A DNA stretch of 64,000 bases, taken from contig CAVQKQ010000013.1 of the NCBI GenBank assembly GCA_963713085.1, positions 42,023 to 106,022 of the forward strand, in the 5' to 3' direction. Under the pieces are notes generated by a model that did no database searches, had not been told where the DNA came from, and saw nothing but the letters and a program-made list of their open reading frames with translations. This document shows positions 53,689 to 61,970 of the stretch, one piece after another. Made by a program: the position numbers and the translations under genes. Position 1 is the stretch's first letter; the number at the start of each line of letters is the position of its first letter. This DNA comes from an uncultured Pseudomonadota bacterium. Lineage in GTDB: Bacteria > Pseudomonadota > Gammaproteobacteria > Burkholderiales > Thiobacillaceae.

Positions 53689-56616
53689 ATGCAGCTTACC
53701 GCCGAGATCCATCCCGCCAGCCCCGCAGCTTCCCTGACCGACGCCCCCCCACCCGCCCCCGCCGCCTCCCCCTACGCCGACCACAAGATCATTCGCCGCA
53801 ACGGCGCCGTGGTGGCCTTCGAGCCGTCCAAGATCGCGGTGGCCATGACCAAGGCCTTCATCGCCGTCCAGGGCGGCCAGGCCGCCGCCAGCGCCCGCAT
53901 CCGCGAACTGGTGGAGACCCTGACCGGCAACGTGGTGACGGCCCTGATCCGGCGCCAGCCGGAAGGCGGCACCTTCCACATCGAGGACATCCAGGACCAG
54001 GTGGAGCTGGCCCTGATGCGCTCGGGCGAGCACGAAGTGGCCCGGGCCTACGTGCTGTACCGGGAAAAGCGGTCCGCGGAGCGGGCCAAGCAGAAGCAGC
54101 ATCAGGTGGAGGAACACACCCTGTTCTGTCTGGAGAAGGGCCAGCGCCAGCCCCTGGACCTGGGCGCCCTGGCCGACCTGGTGGGCGCCGCCTGCGCCGG
54201 CCTGCCCGAGACCAATCCCCAGGCCATCCTCCAGGCCACGGTGCGGGACATCTACGACGGCGTGCCCATGGACGAGGTGCGCAAGTCCCTGATCCTCTCC
54301 GCCCGCTCCCTGATCGAGAAAGACCCGGACTACACCTACGTCACCGCCCGCCTGCTGCTCCATTCCATCCGCCGCGAGGTGCTGGGCGAGGAAGTGGCCC
54401 AGGCCGCCATGACCAGCCGCTACGCCGAGTATTTCCCCCAGTTCATCAAGCGCGGCATCGAGGCCGAGCTGCTGGACGAGCGCCTCGCCCAGTTCGACCT
54501 GGAGCGCCTGGCCGCCGCCCTCCAGTCCGAGCGCGACAACCAGTTCCAGTACCTGGGCCTGCAGACCCTGTACGACCGCTATTTCCTGCACATCGACGAG
54601 CAGCGCATTGAGTTGCCCCAGGCCTTCTTCATGCGCGTGGCCATGGGCCTGTCCCTCAACGAGATCAACCGGGAGGAGCGGGCCATCGAGTTCTACAACG
54701 TGCTGTCCAGCTTCGACTACATGAGCAGCACCCCCACCCTGTTCAACGCCGGCACCCGCCACAGCCAGCTGTCCTCCTGCTACCTCACCACCATCCCGGA
54801 CGACCTGGACGGCATCTACCAGGGCATCAAGGAAAACGCCCTGCTGCAGAAATTCGCCGGCGGCATCGGCAACGACTGGACCCGGGTGCGTTCCCTGGGC
54901 GCCTACATCAAGGGCACCAACGGCAAGAGCCAGGGCGTGGTGCCGTTCCTGAAGGTGGCCAACGACACCGCCGTGGCGGTGAACCAGGGCGGCAAGCGCA
55001 AGGGCGCGGTGTGCGCCTTCCTGGAAACCTGGCACATGGACATCGAGGAGTTCCTGGAACTGCGCAAGAACACCGGCGACGACCGGCGCCGCACCCACGA
55101 CATGAACTCCGCCAACTGGGTGCCGGACCTGTTCATGAACCGGGTCATGGACAACGCCGAGTGGACCCTGTTCTCCCCCTCCGACTGCCCCGACCTGCAC
55201 GACAAGGTCGGCAAGGCGTTCGAGGACGCCTACACCGCCTACGAGGCCAAGGCCGCCCGGGGCGAGATCAAGGTGTTCAGGAAGGTCCAGGCCCTTGCCC
55301 TGTGGCGCAAGATGCTGTCCATGCTGTTCGAGACCGGCCATCCCTGGATCACCTTCAAGGACGCCTGCAACGTCCGCTACACCAACCAGCATGTCGGCGT
55401 GGTGCACAGCTCCAACCTGTGCACCGAGATCACCCTGCACACCAACGACAACGAAATCGCCGTGTGCAACCTGGGCTCGGTCAACCTGGTGAACCACCTG
55501 GCCATGAACGGCCTGGGCCTGGACATGGACAAGCTGTCCCGCACCATCCACACCGCCATGCGCATGCTCGACAACGTCATCGACATCAACTTCTACAACG
55601 TCGGCAAGGCGCGCAACTCCAACCTGAAGCACCGCCCCGTGGGCATGGGCATCATGGGTTTCCAGGACGCCCTGCACAAGCTGCGCATCCCCTACGCCAG
55701 CGGCGAGGCCGTGGAGTTCGCCGACCGGGCCATGGAGGCGGTGGCCTACAACGCCTACCGGGCCAGCACCGACCTGGCCGAGGAGCGGGGCCGCTACTCC
55801 ACCTTCAACGGCTCCCTCTGGAGCCAGGGCATCCTGCCCCAGGACTCCCTGAAGAAGCTGGCCGAGGAACGCGGCGGCCATCTCGAAGCCGACTTCAGCG
55901 AAACCCTGGACTGGAACACCCTGCGCCAGCGGATCATGACCGTGGGCATGCGCAACTCCAACTGCCTGGCCATCGCCCCCACCGCCACCATCGCCAACAT
56001 CGTCGGGGTGTCCGCCAGCATTGAACCCACCTACCAGAACCTGTTCGTCAAATCCAACCTGTCGGGCGAATTCACCATGGCCAACCAGTACCTGGTGCGG
56101 GACCTGAAGGCCCTGAACCTGTGGGACGAGGTGATGGTGGGCGACATCAAGTACTTCGACGGCTCCCTGGCCAAGATCGACCGGGTGCCCGGCGAGCTGC
56201 GCAGCCTCTACGCCACCGCCTTCGAGATCGACCCGGTGTGGCTGATCGAGGCCGGCGCCCGGCGCCAGAAGTGGATCGACCAGGCCCAGAGCCTCAACCT
56301 CTACTTCCACGGCGCCTCCGGCAAGAAACTGGACGAGACCTACAAGCTGGCCTGGCTGCGCGGCCTGAAAACCACCTACTACCTGCGCGCCCTGGGCGCC
56401 ACCCACGCCGAGAAGTCCACCGGCAAGGGCGGCGAGCTGAACGCCGTGCCGACCGGCGGCGGTGGTGGCGGCCTGGGCGCCAGCGTCGCCGGCAAGGGCG
56501 GTGGAATGGGCGGCTATTACGCCAGCCACGCGCTGCCGGAACCGGAGATCGTCGGCAAGGCCTGCACCCTGCGGCCCGGCGACCCGGGCTTCGAGGAATG
56601 CGAGGCCTGCCAGTAA
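53689..56616 (+). CDS. nrdA: class Ia ribonucleoside-diphosphate reductase alpha subunit
   Basis: Trimmed to the ATG at 53689. It has an ATP-cone (KIIRRNGAVVAFEPSKIAVAM), catalytic-core motifs (SSCYLTT, NLCTEITL) and a C-terminal redox tail ...GKACTLRPGDPGFEECEACQ. Confidence 0.95.
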   Translation: MQLTAEIHPASPAASLTDAPPPAPAASPYADHKIIRRNGAVVAFEPSKIAVAMTKAFIAVQGGQAAASARIRELVETLTGNVVTALIRRQPEGGTFHIEDIQDQVELALMRSGEHEVARAYVLYREKRSAERAKQKQHQVEEHTLFCLEKGQRQPLDLGALADLVGAACAGLPETNPQAILQATVRDIYDGVPMDEVRKSLILSARSLIEKDPDYTYVTARLLLHSIRREVLGEEVAQAAMTSRYAEYFPQFIKRGIEAELLDERLAQFDLERLAAALQSERDNQFQYLGLQTLYDRYFLHIDEQRIELPQAFFMRVAMGLSLNEINREERAIEFYNVLSSFDYMSSTPTLFNAGTRHSQLSSCYLTTIPDDLDGIYQGIKENALLQKFAGGIGNDWTRVRSLGAYIKGTNGKSQGVVPFLKVANDTAVAVNQGGKRKGAVCAFLETWHMDIEEFLELRKNTGDDRRRTHDMNSANWVPDLFMNRVMDNAEWTLFSPSDCPDLHDKVGKAFEDAYTAYEAKAARGEIKVFRKVQALALWRKMLSMLFETGHPWITFKDACNVRYTNQHVGVVHSSNLCTEITLHTNDNEIAVCNLGSVNLVNHLAMNGLGLDMDKLSRTIHTAMRMLDNVIDINFYNVGKARNSNLKHRPVGMGIMGFQDALHKLRIPYASGEAVEFADRAMEAVAYNAYRASTDLAEERGRYSTFNGSLWSQGILPQDSLKKLAEERGGHLEADFSETLDWNTLRQRIMTVGMRNSNCLAIAPTATIANIVGVSASIEPTYQNLFVKSNLSGEFTMANQYLVRDLKALNLWDEVMVGDIKYFDGSLAKIDRVPGELRSLYATAFEIDPVWLIEAGARRQKWIDQAQSLNLYFHGASGKKLDETYKLAWLRGLKTTYYLRALGATHAEKSTGKGGELNAVPTGGGGGGLGASVAGKGGGMGGYYASHALPEPEIVGKACTLRPGDPGFEECEACQ

Positions 56617-56627
56617 AGGGGACCGGG

Positions 56628-57491
56628 ATGAGTCCACAATCCCTGGCGCGGGAGGCCGCCACCCTGTTCGCGCTTCCCGATGTGGTGATACGGGCCAGTG
56701 CCTTGATGGACTCTCCCAAGGGGTCCGCCCAACAACTGGTGGAAATCATCGAAACGGATGCGGGCCTCACCGCCACGTTGCTGCGTCTGGCCAATTCCGT
56801 CCTGTTCAACCACTACGGGAAGGTGGAAAACCTTCAGCACGCTGTGGCCATCGTCGGCTACAAGGCACTACGCGACCTGGTGCTGGCCAGTTCCGCCGTG
56901 AAGACCTTCAAGGGCATTCCCGCAGAATTCGTGGACATGGACACCTTCTGGGACAACAGCATCACCTGCGGCGTGCTGTCCCAGCAGATTGCCCATCGCC
57001 TCGCCTTGCCGGACAGCGAAACCCTGTTCGTCTATGGCCTGCTCCACGGCGTGGGCCGGCTGGTCTTCTATGCCAAACGCCCCGATGACTACCGCATGGT
57101 GCTCCGCTATGCCCGGAGCGGGGAACACAGCCTCTCCGCCGCCGAACGCAATGTCTTCGGCTTCAGCTACGCGGAGCTTGGTGGCGCCCTGCTGTCGGTC
57201 TGGGGACTTCCCCAGCGGTTGTGCGGCGCGGTGGAATACCACCTCAACCCGAAGGACGCCCCGGCGTTCAAGAAGGAAGCCGCGGTCGTTCAACTCGCCA
57301 ACGAAATAACCGCCGATCTGGCGCCCTGCATCAAGACCCAGGTCCAACCCGAGCCCTGCAGCAAGGCCACCCTTGCATACGGGGCGGTCATGGGTCTCGG
57401 CGAAACGGCGATGGAGCAGATCCGCATGTCCGCCCTGGCCGCCAGCCTGGAAATCATCGAGATCATCCATCCGAACGCCACCGTGTTCTGA
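56628..57491 (+). CDS. HDOD-domain protein
   Basis: 287 aa. LPDVVIRASALMDSPKGSAQQLVEIIETDAGLTATLLRLANSVLF...HAVAIVGYKALRDLVLA...GLLHGVGRLVF is the classic HDOD pattern. It starts 11 nt after the nrdA stop. Confidence 0.85.
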   Translation: MSPQSLAREAATLFALPDVVIRASALMDSPKGSAQQLVEIIETDAGLTATLLRLANSVLFNHYGKVENLQHAVAIVGYKALRDLVLASSAVKTFKGIPAEFVDMDTFWDNSITCGVLSQQIAHRLALPDSETLFVYGLLHGVGRLVFYAKRPDDYRMVLRYARSGEHSLSAAERNVFGFSYAELGGALLSVWGLPQRLCGAVEYHLNPKDAPAFKKEAAVVQLANEITADLAPCIKTQVQPEPCSKATLAYGAVMGLGETAMEQIRMSALAASLEIIEIIHPNATVF

Positions 57492-57527
57492 CCCACCGGA
57501 CGAGACCCCCCGAAGGAGATAAGCCCA

Positions 57528-57653
57528 ATGCCCAGTTTCGATGACGACCTCCCCGCCGCCGACGTCATTGACATCAGCTTCCGCGATCCCGGCAAGGCCC
57601 GCACCCTCCGGCCCGGCGACCCGGGCTTCGATGCATGCGAGGCCCGCCGGTAA
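57528..57653 (+). CDS. 41-codon chimeric mini-ORF (nrdB-head-like N-terminus plus nrdA-tail-like C-terminus), either a recombination scar or a small protein
   Basis: MPSFDDDLPAADVIDISFRDPGKARTLRPGDPGFDACEARR. An AAGGAG SD lies 8 nt upstream. Nucleotides 57528-57560 match the nrdB 5' end at 27 of 33 positions. Nucleotides 57591-57653 match the nrdA 3' end at 57 of 63 positions. Both are hand counts. Confidence 0.35.
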   Translation: MPSFDDDLPAADVIDISFRDPGKARTLRPGDPGFDACEARR

Positions 57654-57666
57654 GCCGGGAGCGTCC

Positions 57667-58329
57667 ATGTTCGCGCAGGCAGGGGTTCGGGATGACGGGG
57701 ACATCGCCAAGGTGAAGGCCCGTCACGCCCTCCGAGGTGTCGGGGGGCCGCTGCGTGCCGCCTGCCTGATTCCCCTGGCCGCCCTGCTCGCGGCCTGCGC
57801 CCAGACCCATGCCCCCGGCCAGTCGACCTGGACCCGCCACGGCGTGGTCACCACGGCGCTTGTGCCGCCGGCCGGCATCAGGGAACCGGGGAAGCGGGAA
57901 GTGGTGGTGGTCATCAACGCCAACCACTACGGCGGGGCCCACGCCGGGATGTTCGCGGGCGAGCGGCTGTACGACCCTTCCGGCACCTATGTCGGGGTCA
58001 GGGCGGAGGACCCGGCCTGGCGCCACCCCACCCTGGCGGACTACATCGCCTACCAGCTGAAAGACGGCCCCGACGTGCGCCTCTACCGATTCAGCCTGAT
58101 GGCAGATGACTTCGACGCCATCGAGTCGCGCATCGAGCATGCGGGCTGGACCATGCCGATGTTCTGCGCCTCCAGCGTTCAGAGCGTCCTGGCCGGCATC
58201 GGCCCGTTTACAGATATCGAATCGAGCTGGTGGACCTCCCCCAGGCAGCTCGGTGAGCGCCTTGCCGACATCAAGCCCGACACGCTCGTTACGGGACGCT
58301 GCACGGGCCCCGACGCGCAATCATGCTGA
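57667..58329 (+). CDS. putative lipoprotein, family unknown
   Basis: It has the lipobox LLAAC (…LIPLAALLAACAQ). The start is uncertain (ATG 57667, or in-frame GTG 57712). The mature part is VVVINANHYGGAHAGMFAGERLYDPSG...MFCASSVQSVL. Confidence 0.55.
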   Translation: MFAQAGVRDDGDIAKVKARHALRGVGGPLRAACLIPLAALLAACAQTHAPGQSTWTRHGVVTTALVPPAGIREPGKREVVVVINANHYGGAHAGMFAGERLYDPSGTYVGVRAEDPAWRHPTLADYIAYQLKDGPDVRLYRFSLMADDFDAIESRIEHAGWTMPMFCASSVQSVLAGIGPFTDIESSWWTSPRQLGERLADIKPDTLVTGRCTGPDAQSC

Positions 58330-58408
58330 GCCTCGAGACCATGACACCGGCCATGCCCCCCGACACCCCCACCCTATCCACCGATAAATGCCGCATGAGG
58401 AGACCGAC

Positions 58409-59614
58409 ATGCTGAACTTCGAAGACGACATCCCCGCCGCCCCGTTCGCCAACGCGCCCGCCATGCCGCCCATGGGCATGCGCCCCGGCATGCCCCCGAG
58501 TGTGCCCTACCTCCAGCCCGACATCTCGGAACCCGTATGGTCCCCGCCGGCCACCGCAAAAACCACCACGCCCGCCCCCGCCGACGACATCGCCCGCCGC
58601 CGGGTCCGGGTCGAGGACAAGCTGATCATCAACGCCAAGGCCGACGTCAACCAGCTGGTCCCCTTCAAGTACAAGTGGGCCTGGGAAAAATACATCGCCG
58701 CCTGCGCCAACCACTGGATGCCCCAGGAAGTGAACATGAACCGGGACATCGCCACCTGGAAGGACCCCAACGGCCTGAGCGAGGACGAGCGCCTCATCGT
58801 CAAGCGCAACCTGGGCTTCTTCGTCACCGCCGACAGCCTGGCCGCCAACAACATCGTGCTGGGCACCTACCGCCAGATCACCGCCCCCGAATGCCGCCAG
58901 TACCTGCTGCGCCAGGCCTTCGAGGAGGCCATCCACACCCACGCCTACCAGTACATAGTGGAAAGCCTGGGCCTGGACGAGGGCGAGATCTTCAACGCCT
59001 ACCACGAGGTGAGCAGCATCAAGGCCAAGGACGAGTTCCTGCTGCCCTTCATCGACGTGCTGTCCAACCCCAACTTCAAGACCGGCACGCCGGAGGACGA
59101 CCAGACCTTCCTCAAGTCCCTCATCGCCTTCGCCTGCATCATGGAAGGCCTGTTCTTCTACGTCGGCTTCGTGCAGATCCTGGCCATGGGCCGCCAGAAC
59201 AAGATGACCGGCGCGGCCGAGCAGTACCAGTACATCCTGCGCGACGAGTCCATGCACTGCAATTTCGGCATCGATATGATTAATCAAATCAAGCTGGAAG
59301 AGCCCTACCTCTGGACCCCCGAGTTCAAGGCCGAACTCAAGGGCATGTTCCAGAAGGCCGTGGAGCTGGAATACCAGTACGCCGAAGACACCATGCCGCG
59401 CGGCGTGCTGGGCCTCAACGCCCCCATGTTCAAGGAATACCTGCGCTTCATCGCCAACCGCCGCGCCACCCAGATCGGCCTGGACGAAATGTTCCCCGGC
59501 GCCAACAACCCCTTCCCGTGGATGGCGGAGATGATCGATTTGAAGAAGGAGAAGAACTTCTTCGAGACGCGGGTGACCGAGTACCAGACGGGCGGGGCGC
59601 TGGCCTGGGATTGA
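58409..59614 (+). CDS. nrdB: class Ia ribonucleotide reductase beta subunit (long Pro-rich N-terminal extension)
   Basis: The ATG at 58409 is preceded by GAGGAG. An in-frame ATG at 58388 is also possible. Motifs include [13 protein letters not shown], the di-iron ligands [10 protein letters not shown] and DESMHCNF, and the C-terminal tail [11 protein letters not shown]. Confidence 0.95.
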   Translation: MLNFEDDIPAAPFANAPAMPPMGMRPGMPPSVPYLQPDISEPVWSPPATAKTTTPAPADDIARRRVRVEDKLIINAKADVNQLVPFKYKWAWEKYIAACANHWMPQEVNMNRDIATWKDPNGLSEDERLIVKRNLGFFVTADSLAANNIVLGTYRQITAPECRQYLLRQAFEEAIHTHAYQYIVESLGLDEGEIFNAYHEVSSIKAKDEFLLPFIDVLSNPNFKTGTPEDDQTFLKSLIAFACIMEGLFFYVGFVQILAMGRQNKMTGAAEQYQYILRDESMHCNFGIDMINQIKLEEPYLWTPEFKAELKGMFQKAVELEYQYAEDTMPRGVLGLNAPMFKEYLRFIANRRATQIGLDEMFPGANNPFPWMAEMIDLKKEKNFFETRVTEYQTGGALAWD

Positions 59615-59635
59615 CGCGACCCACCATCAGGATTA

Positions 59636-59881
59636 TTGAGTCGATTCGTGAAGCCTTTTCGCCTGTTCGGTCCCATCGAGGGAATCGAGACCATCGCGGA
59701 AGGCCATGGCATACGAGAACTGGCCCGGTTGCGCAAGGTCTACGGCCCGGGAAACTGGAAGAAGAGAAAAGGTCTTGCCTGGATCACACTGGATACGGGT
59801 GAAACCTGCCGTGCCGAGATTCACTGGTATGAAGCGCACGGAATCGGCAAGGTGGAACACAAGATCAAGAGGCTGCTATGA
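59636..59881 (+). CDS. small conserved hypothetical protein (…AEIHWYEAHGIGKVEHKIKRLL)
   Basis: About 78-81 aa with a non-ATG start (TTG 59636 or GTG 59648). Its stop overlaps the next ATG as ATGA. Confidence 0.5.
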   Translation: MSRFVKPFRLFGPIEGIETIAEGHGIRELARLRKVYGPGNWKKRKGLAWITLDTGETCRAEIHWYEAHGIGKVEHKIKRLL

Positions 59882-60087
59882 GCTATGCAATTTGCCTGAA
59901 CAACAAGGACTACCCGGCCTCGCTGGAGCCCCGCAAACTCTATGAGGTCATACCGGACACGGCATCCGCGGCCCGCGGCCTATTGCGCGTGATCGACGAA
60001 TCCGGCGAAGACTATCTATACCCCAGTAGCATGTTCGCGGAGATACCGATCCCGGCTAGCATAGAGGCGGAACTCAAGGCGGCGTAG
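59878..60087 (+). CDS. small conserved hypothetical protein (…LRVIDESGEDYLYPSSMF…)
   Basis: 69 aa, translationally coupled to the upstream ORF. The next gene starts 3 nt after its stop. Confidence 0.55.
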   Translation: MSYAICLNNKDYPASLEPRKLYEVIPDTASAARGLLRVIDESGEDYLYPSSMFAEIPIPASIEAELKAA

Positions 60088-60090
60088 TCC

Positions 60091-60381
60091 ATGCACGAAC
60101 TGCCCAACATCCATCCCGGCGAGGTACTTCGGGAAGAGATCCTGATCCCCCTGGACATCAGCCAGTATCGTCTCGCCAAGGATATCGGCGTCACCGAAGC
60201 GCGCATCTCGGCCATCTGCGTCGGCAAGCGGGCCGACACCGCCCCGCGTCTGTCGCGTCACTTTGGCACCTCAGCGACTTTTTGGCTTGGCCTCCAAGCG
60301 GATTACGATCTTGAGGAAGCTGGACATGCGGCGGGAGAGGCGTTGGACCAGGTTAGGCGTTTTGAACCCAGCTTGACGTAA
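60091..60381 (+). CDS. higA: HigA-family antitoxin-like XRE HTH protein
   Basis: IHPGEVLREEILIPLDISQYRLAKDIGVTEARISAICVGKRADTAPRLSRHFGTSATFWLGLQADYDL is the canonical HigA pattern, with a short deletion in the GKRAIT-ADTALRL region. Confidence 0.8.
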   Translation: MHELPNIHPGEVLREEILIPLDISQYRLAKDIGVTEARISAICVGKRADTAPRLSRHFGTSATFWLGLQADYDLEEAGHAAGEALDQVRRFEPSLT

Positions 60382-60437
60382 AACCATGGCCTGAGTTGTA
60401 TCCCTACGCAATACCAACAGCCGTGAGGTAGAGCGAT

Positions 60438-60716
60438 ATGTCCAGCAAACGGAAACTAATTTCCCCGACGCCTGAAGAAGACGCGGCAATCAACGCGGCC
60501 ATCGCCGCTGATACCGATACCTACGAACTGACCGACACGGAGTTCCGTCGCCTCCATCCCCTACGTGGACGCCCCAAATCGACCAGGCCCAAGATCCTAC
60601 TCTCCGTGCGCTACAGCCCGGATGTCGTGGAGTATTTCAAGTCCACCGGCGAGGGCTGGCAATCGCGCATGGACGAGGTGTTGCGGGAATATGTGGAGCG
60701 GCATCGGGCGGGGTGA
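60438..60716 (+). CDS. brnA: BrnA-family (DUF4415) antitoxin-like protein
   Basis: 92 aa. RGRPKSTRPKILLSVRYSPDVVEYFKSTGEGWQSRMDEVLREYV is the typical BrnA C-terminus. There is no BrnT gene in front of it. Confidence 0.75.
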   Translation: MSSKRKLISPTPEEDAAINAAIAADTDTYELTDTEFRRLHPLRGRPKSTRPKILLSVRYSPDVVEYFKSTGEGWQSRMDEVLREYVERHRAG

Positions 60717-60827
60717 TGGAAAGCATTGGCTTATGCCACTCTGATTATGTTGCGGACAATATGGAAAACGTTGTCTGTCCCCCATTACCCGTGTCCCTGC
60801 TACTAGTCTCATCTTAAGCAAAGTTGG

Positions 60828-61844
60828 CTATTTCTCATCGAAGTTCATCTCGTATGTGTCACCAAATCTAGGGTGGATTTTATCCACCATACCCTTGAAT
60901 TGCTGCGGGCTAGATGACAACTTCAGCAGCGTAACGATGGATGCCAGGTGCTCACGCAGCTTCGGGTGTCCGACATCGCTAGTCAGCCATTGATGTAGCT
61001 TTGACTTGCGCTCAGCCTTGCTAGCGGCTTTCTTGAGTTCAGGCAACAATTCAGGTGCGAGCCGCTCGTAAACAACGTTATTCGTTATCTTGCCAATGAA
61101 TCCAGGCCGCCAAGATTTGTTGCCTTCTGGCGGGTATTCCAGACCGTAGAGTCGAAACATCTCTTCATAGTATTCGGCAGGGAAGGTTCGCATCCATGGC
61201 TGAAGTTCCTTAGCGACAAATGCCTCCAGGATCTTTGCGAGGGCGTCCTTTGCACGATCACGCTGGAATCCAGTGGCTTCATCGACCAGAGCGATCACGC
61301 CGACACGAGCGAGACCACGCATTAAAATTTCAGCCTTCAGTGCCTTATCTTGTTGCTGTTTCTGTAGTGCGCCATCCTGGCGGGCGTTCAACCAGATCTC
61401 GCAGGCGGAGGGGAGGATGTGCGCCTCGTATCCATTCGCGATCTTGCCATTGATGACATACCTCACAGCCTTAAGGGGCCCCTCCGATATCTCCTTGGAA
61501 ATATATGGTTTGAGCTGACCTGGGGCGAGGAAGACGGGCAGCGAGCCCCCAGCCTCCTCGGTCTGCTTTTTGATACGTTTGGATGCACCACTTCGTCCAC
61601 CTAGCAACGCTTCCGTGATGCCACTTTCAGAAAAAACCCGCGCGCCGTTTTCGAGTACGGCACATGGGATTTCAATTTTTCCGATCTTGAGCACACCTGA
61701 ATGCGTAGCCTTCGGTAGGCTCGCCAACTCCTTGCGTACTTCGACAGCCTTCATGGCAGACGCCATACGTTCTTCAGCAGTCATTTTCTCTGCGCGTGCT
61801 TTTCCACCCTTCGCGCGCCCGGTGATTTCTTGTTCTCCGCTCAT
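60828..61844 (-). CDS. P63C-domain protein (phage-derived family, function unknown)
   Basis: 338 aa. The N-terminus is GGKARAEKMTAEERMASAMKA. The core is LARVGVIALVDEATGFQRDRAKDALAKILEAFVAKELQPWMRTFPAEYYEEMFRL. The region is visibly AT-richer than its surroundings. Confidence 0.65.
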   Translation of the reverse strand: MSGEQEITGRAKGGKARAEKMTAEERMASAMKAVEVRKELASLPKATHSGVLKIGKIEIPCAVLENGARVFSESGITEALLGGRSGASKRIKKQTEEAGGSLPVFLAPGQLKPYISKEISEGPLKAVRYVINGKIANGYEAHILPSACEIWLNARQDGALQKQQQDKALKAEILMRGLARVGVIALVDEATGFQRDRAKDALAKILEAFVAKELQPWMRTFPAEYYEEMFRLYGLEYPPEGNKSWRPGFIGKITNNVVYERLAPELLPELKKAASKAERKSKLHQWLTSDVGHPKLREHLASIVTLLKLSSSPQQFKGMVDKIHPRFGDTYEMNFDEK

Positions 61845-61865
61845 GGAAGACTCCTAAGTTAGGAC

Positions 61866-61890
61866 ACGTGCATCATAGCATTATGCACGT
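61866..61890. promoter_or_regulatory. perfect 8-bp inverted repeat acgtgcat-N9-atgcacgt upstream of the P63C gene
   Basis: It lies 22-46 nt upstream of the minus-strand ATG at 61844. A third related copy, ttacgtgc, follows. Confidence 0.3.
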
Positions 61891-61970
61891 TGTTACGTGC
61901 TTATTATTTTTTGCTCGTTCATAAAATACCACTCCTGCCGCAAGCATTACCGCGTTAATAGAGGGGAAGA

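Noticed and set aside
53620-56637. 1005-aa ORF antisense to nrdA
   Set aside because: It is a high-GC antisense artefact. The translation is low-complexity and rich in G/A/V/L/Q with no motifs, while the plus-strand frame gives an unmistakable NrdA.
59636-59881. The 81-aa ORF as the missing HigB toxin
   Set aside because: I can see no resemblance to the RelE/ParE-fold HigB pattern (for example …KGLKRLFE…PGFRLHPLKGDRKG…). It is kept as an unknown.
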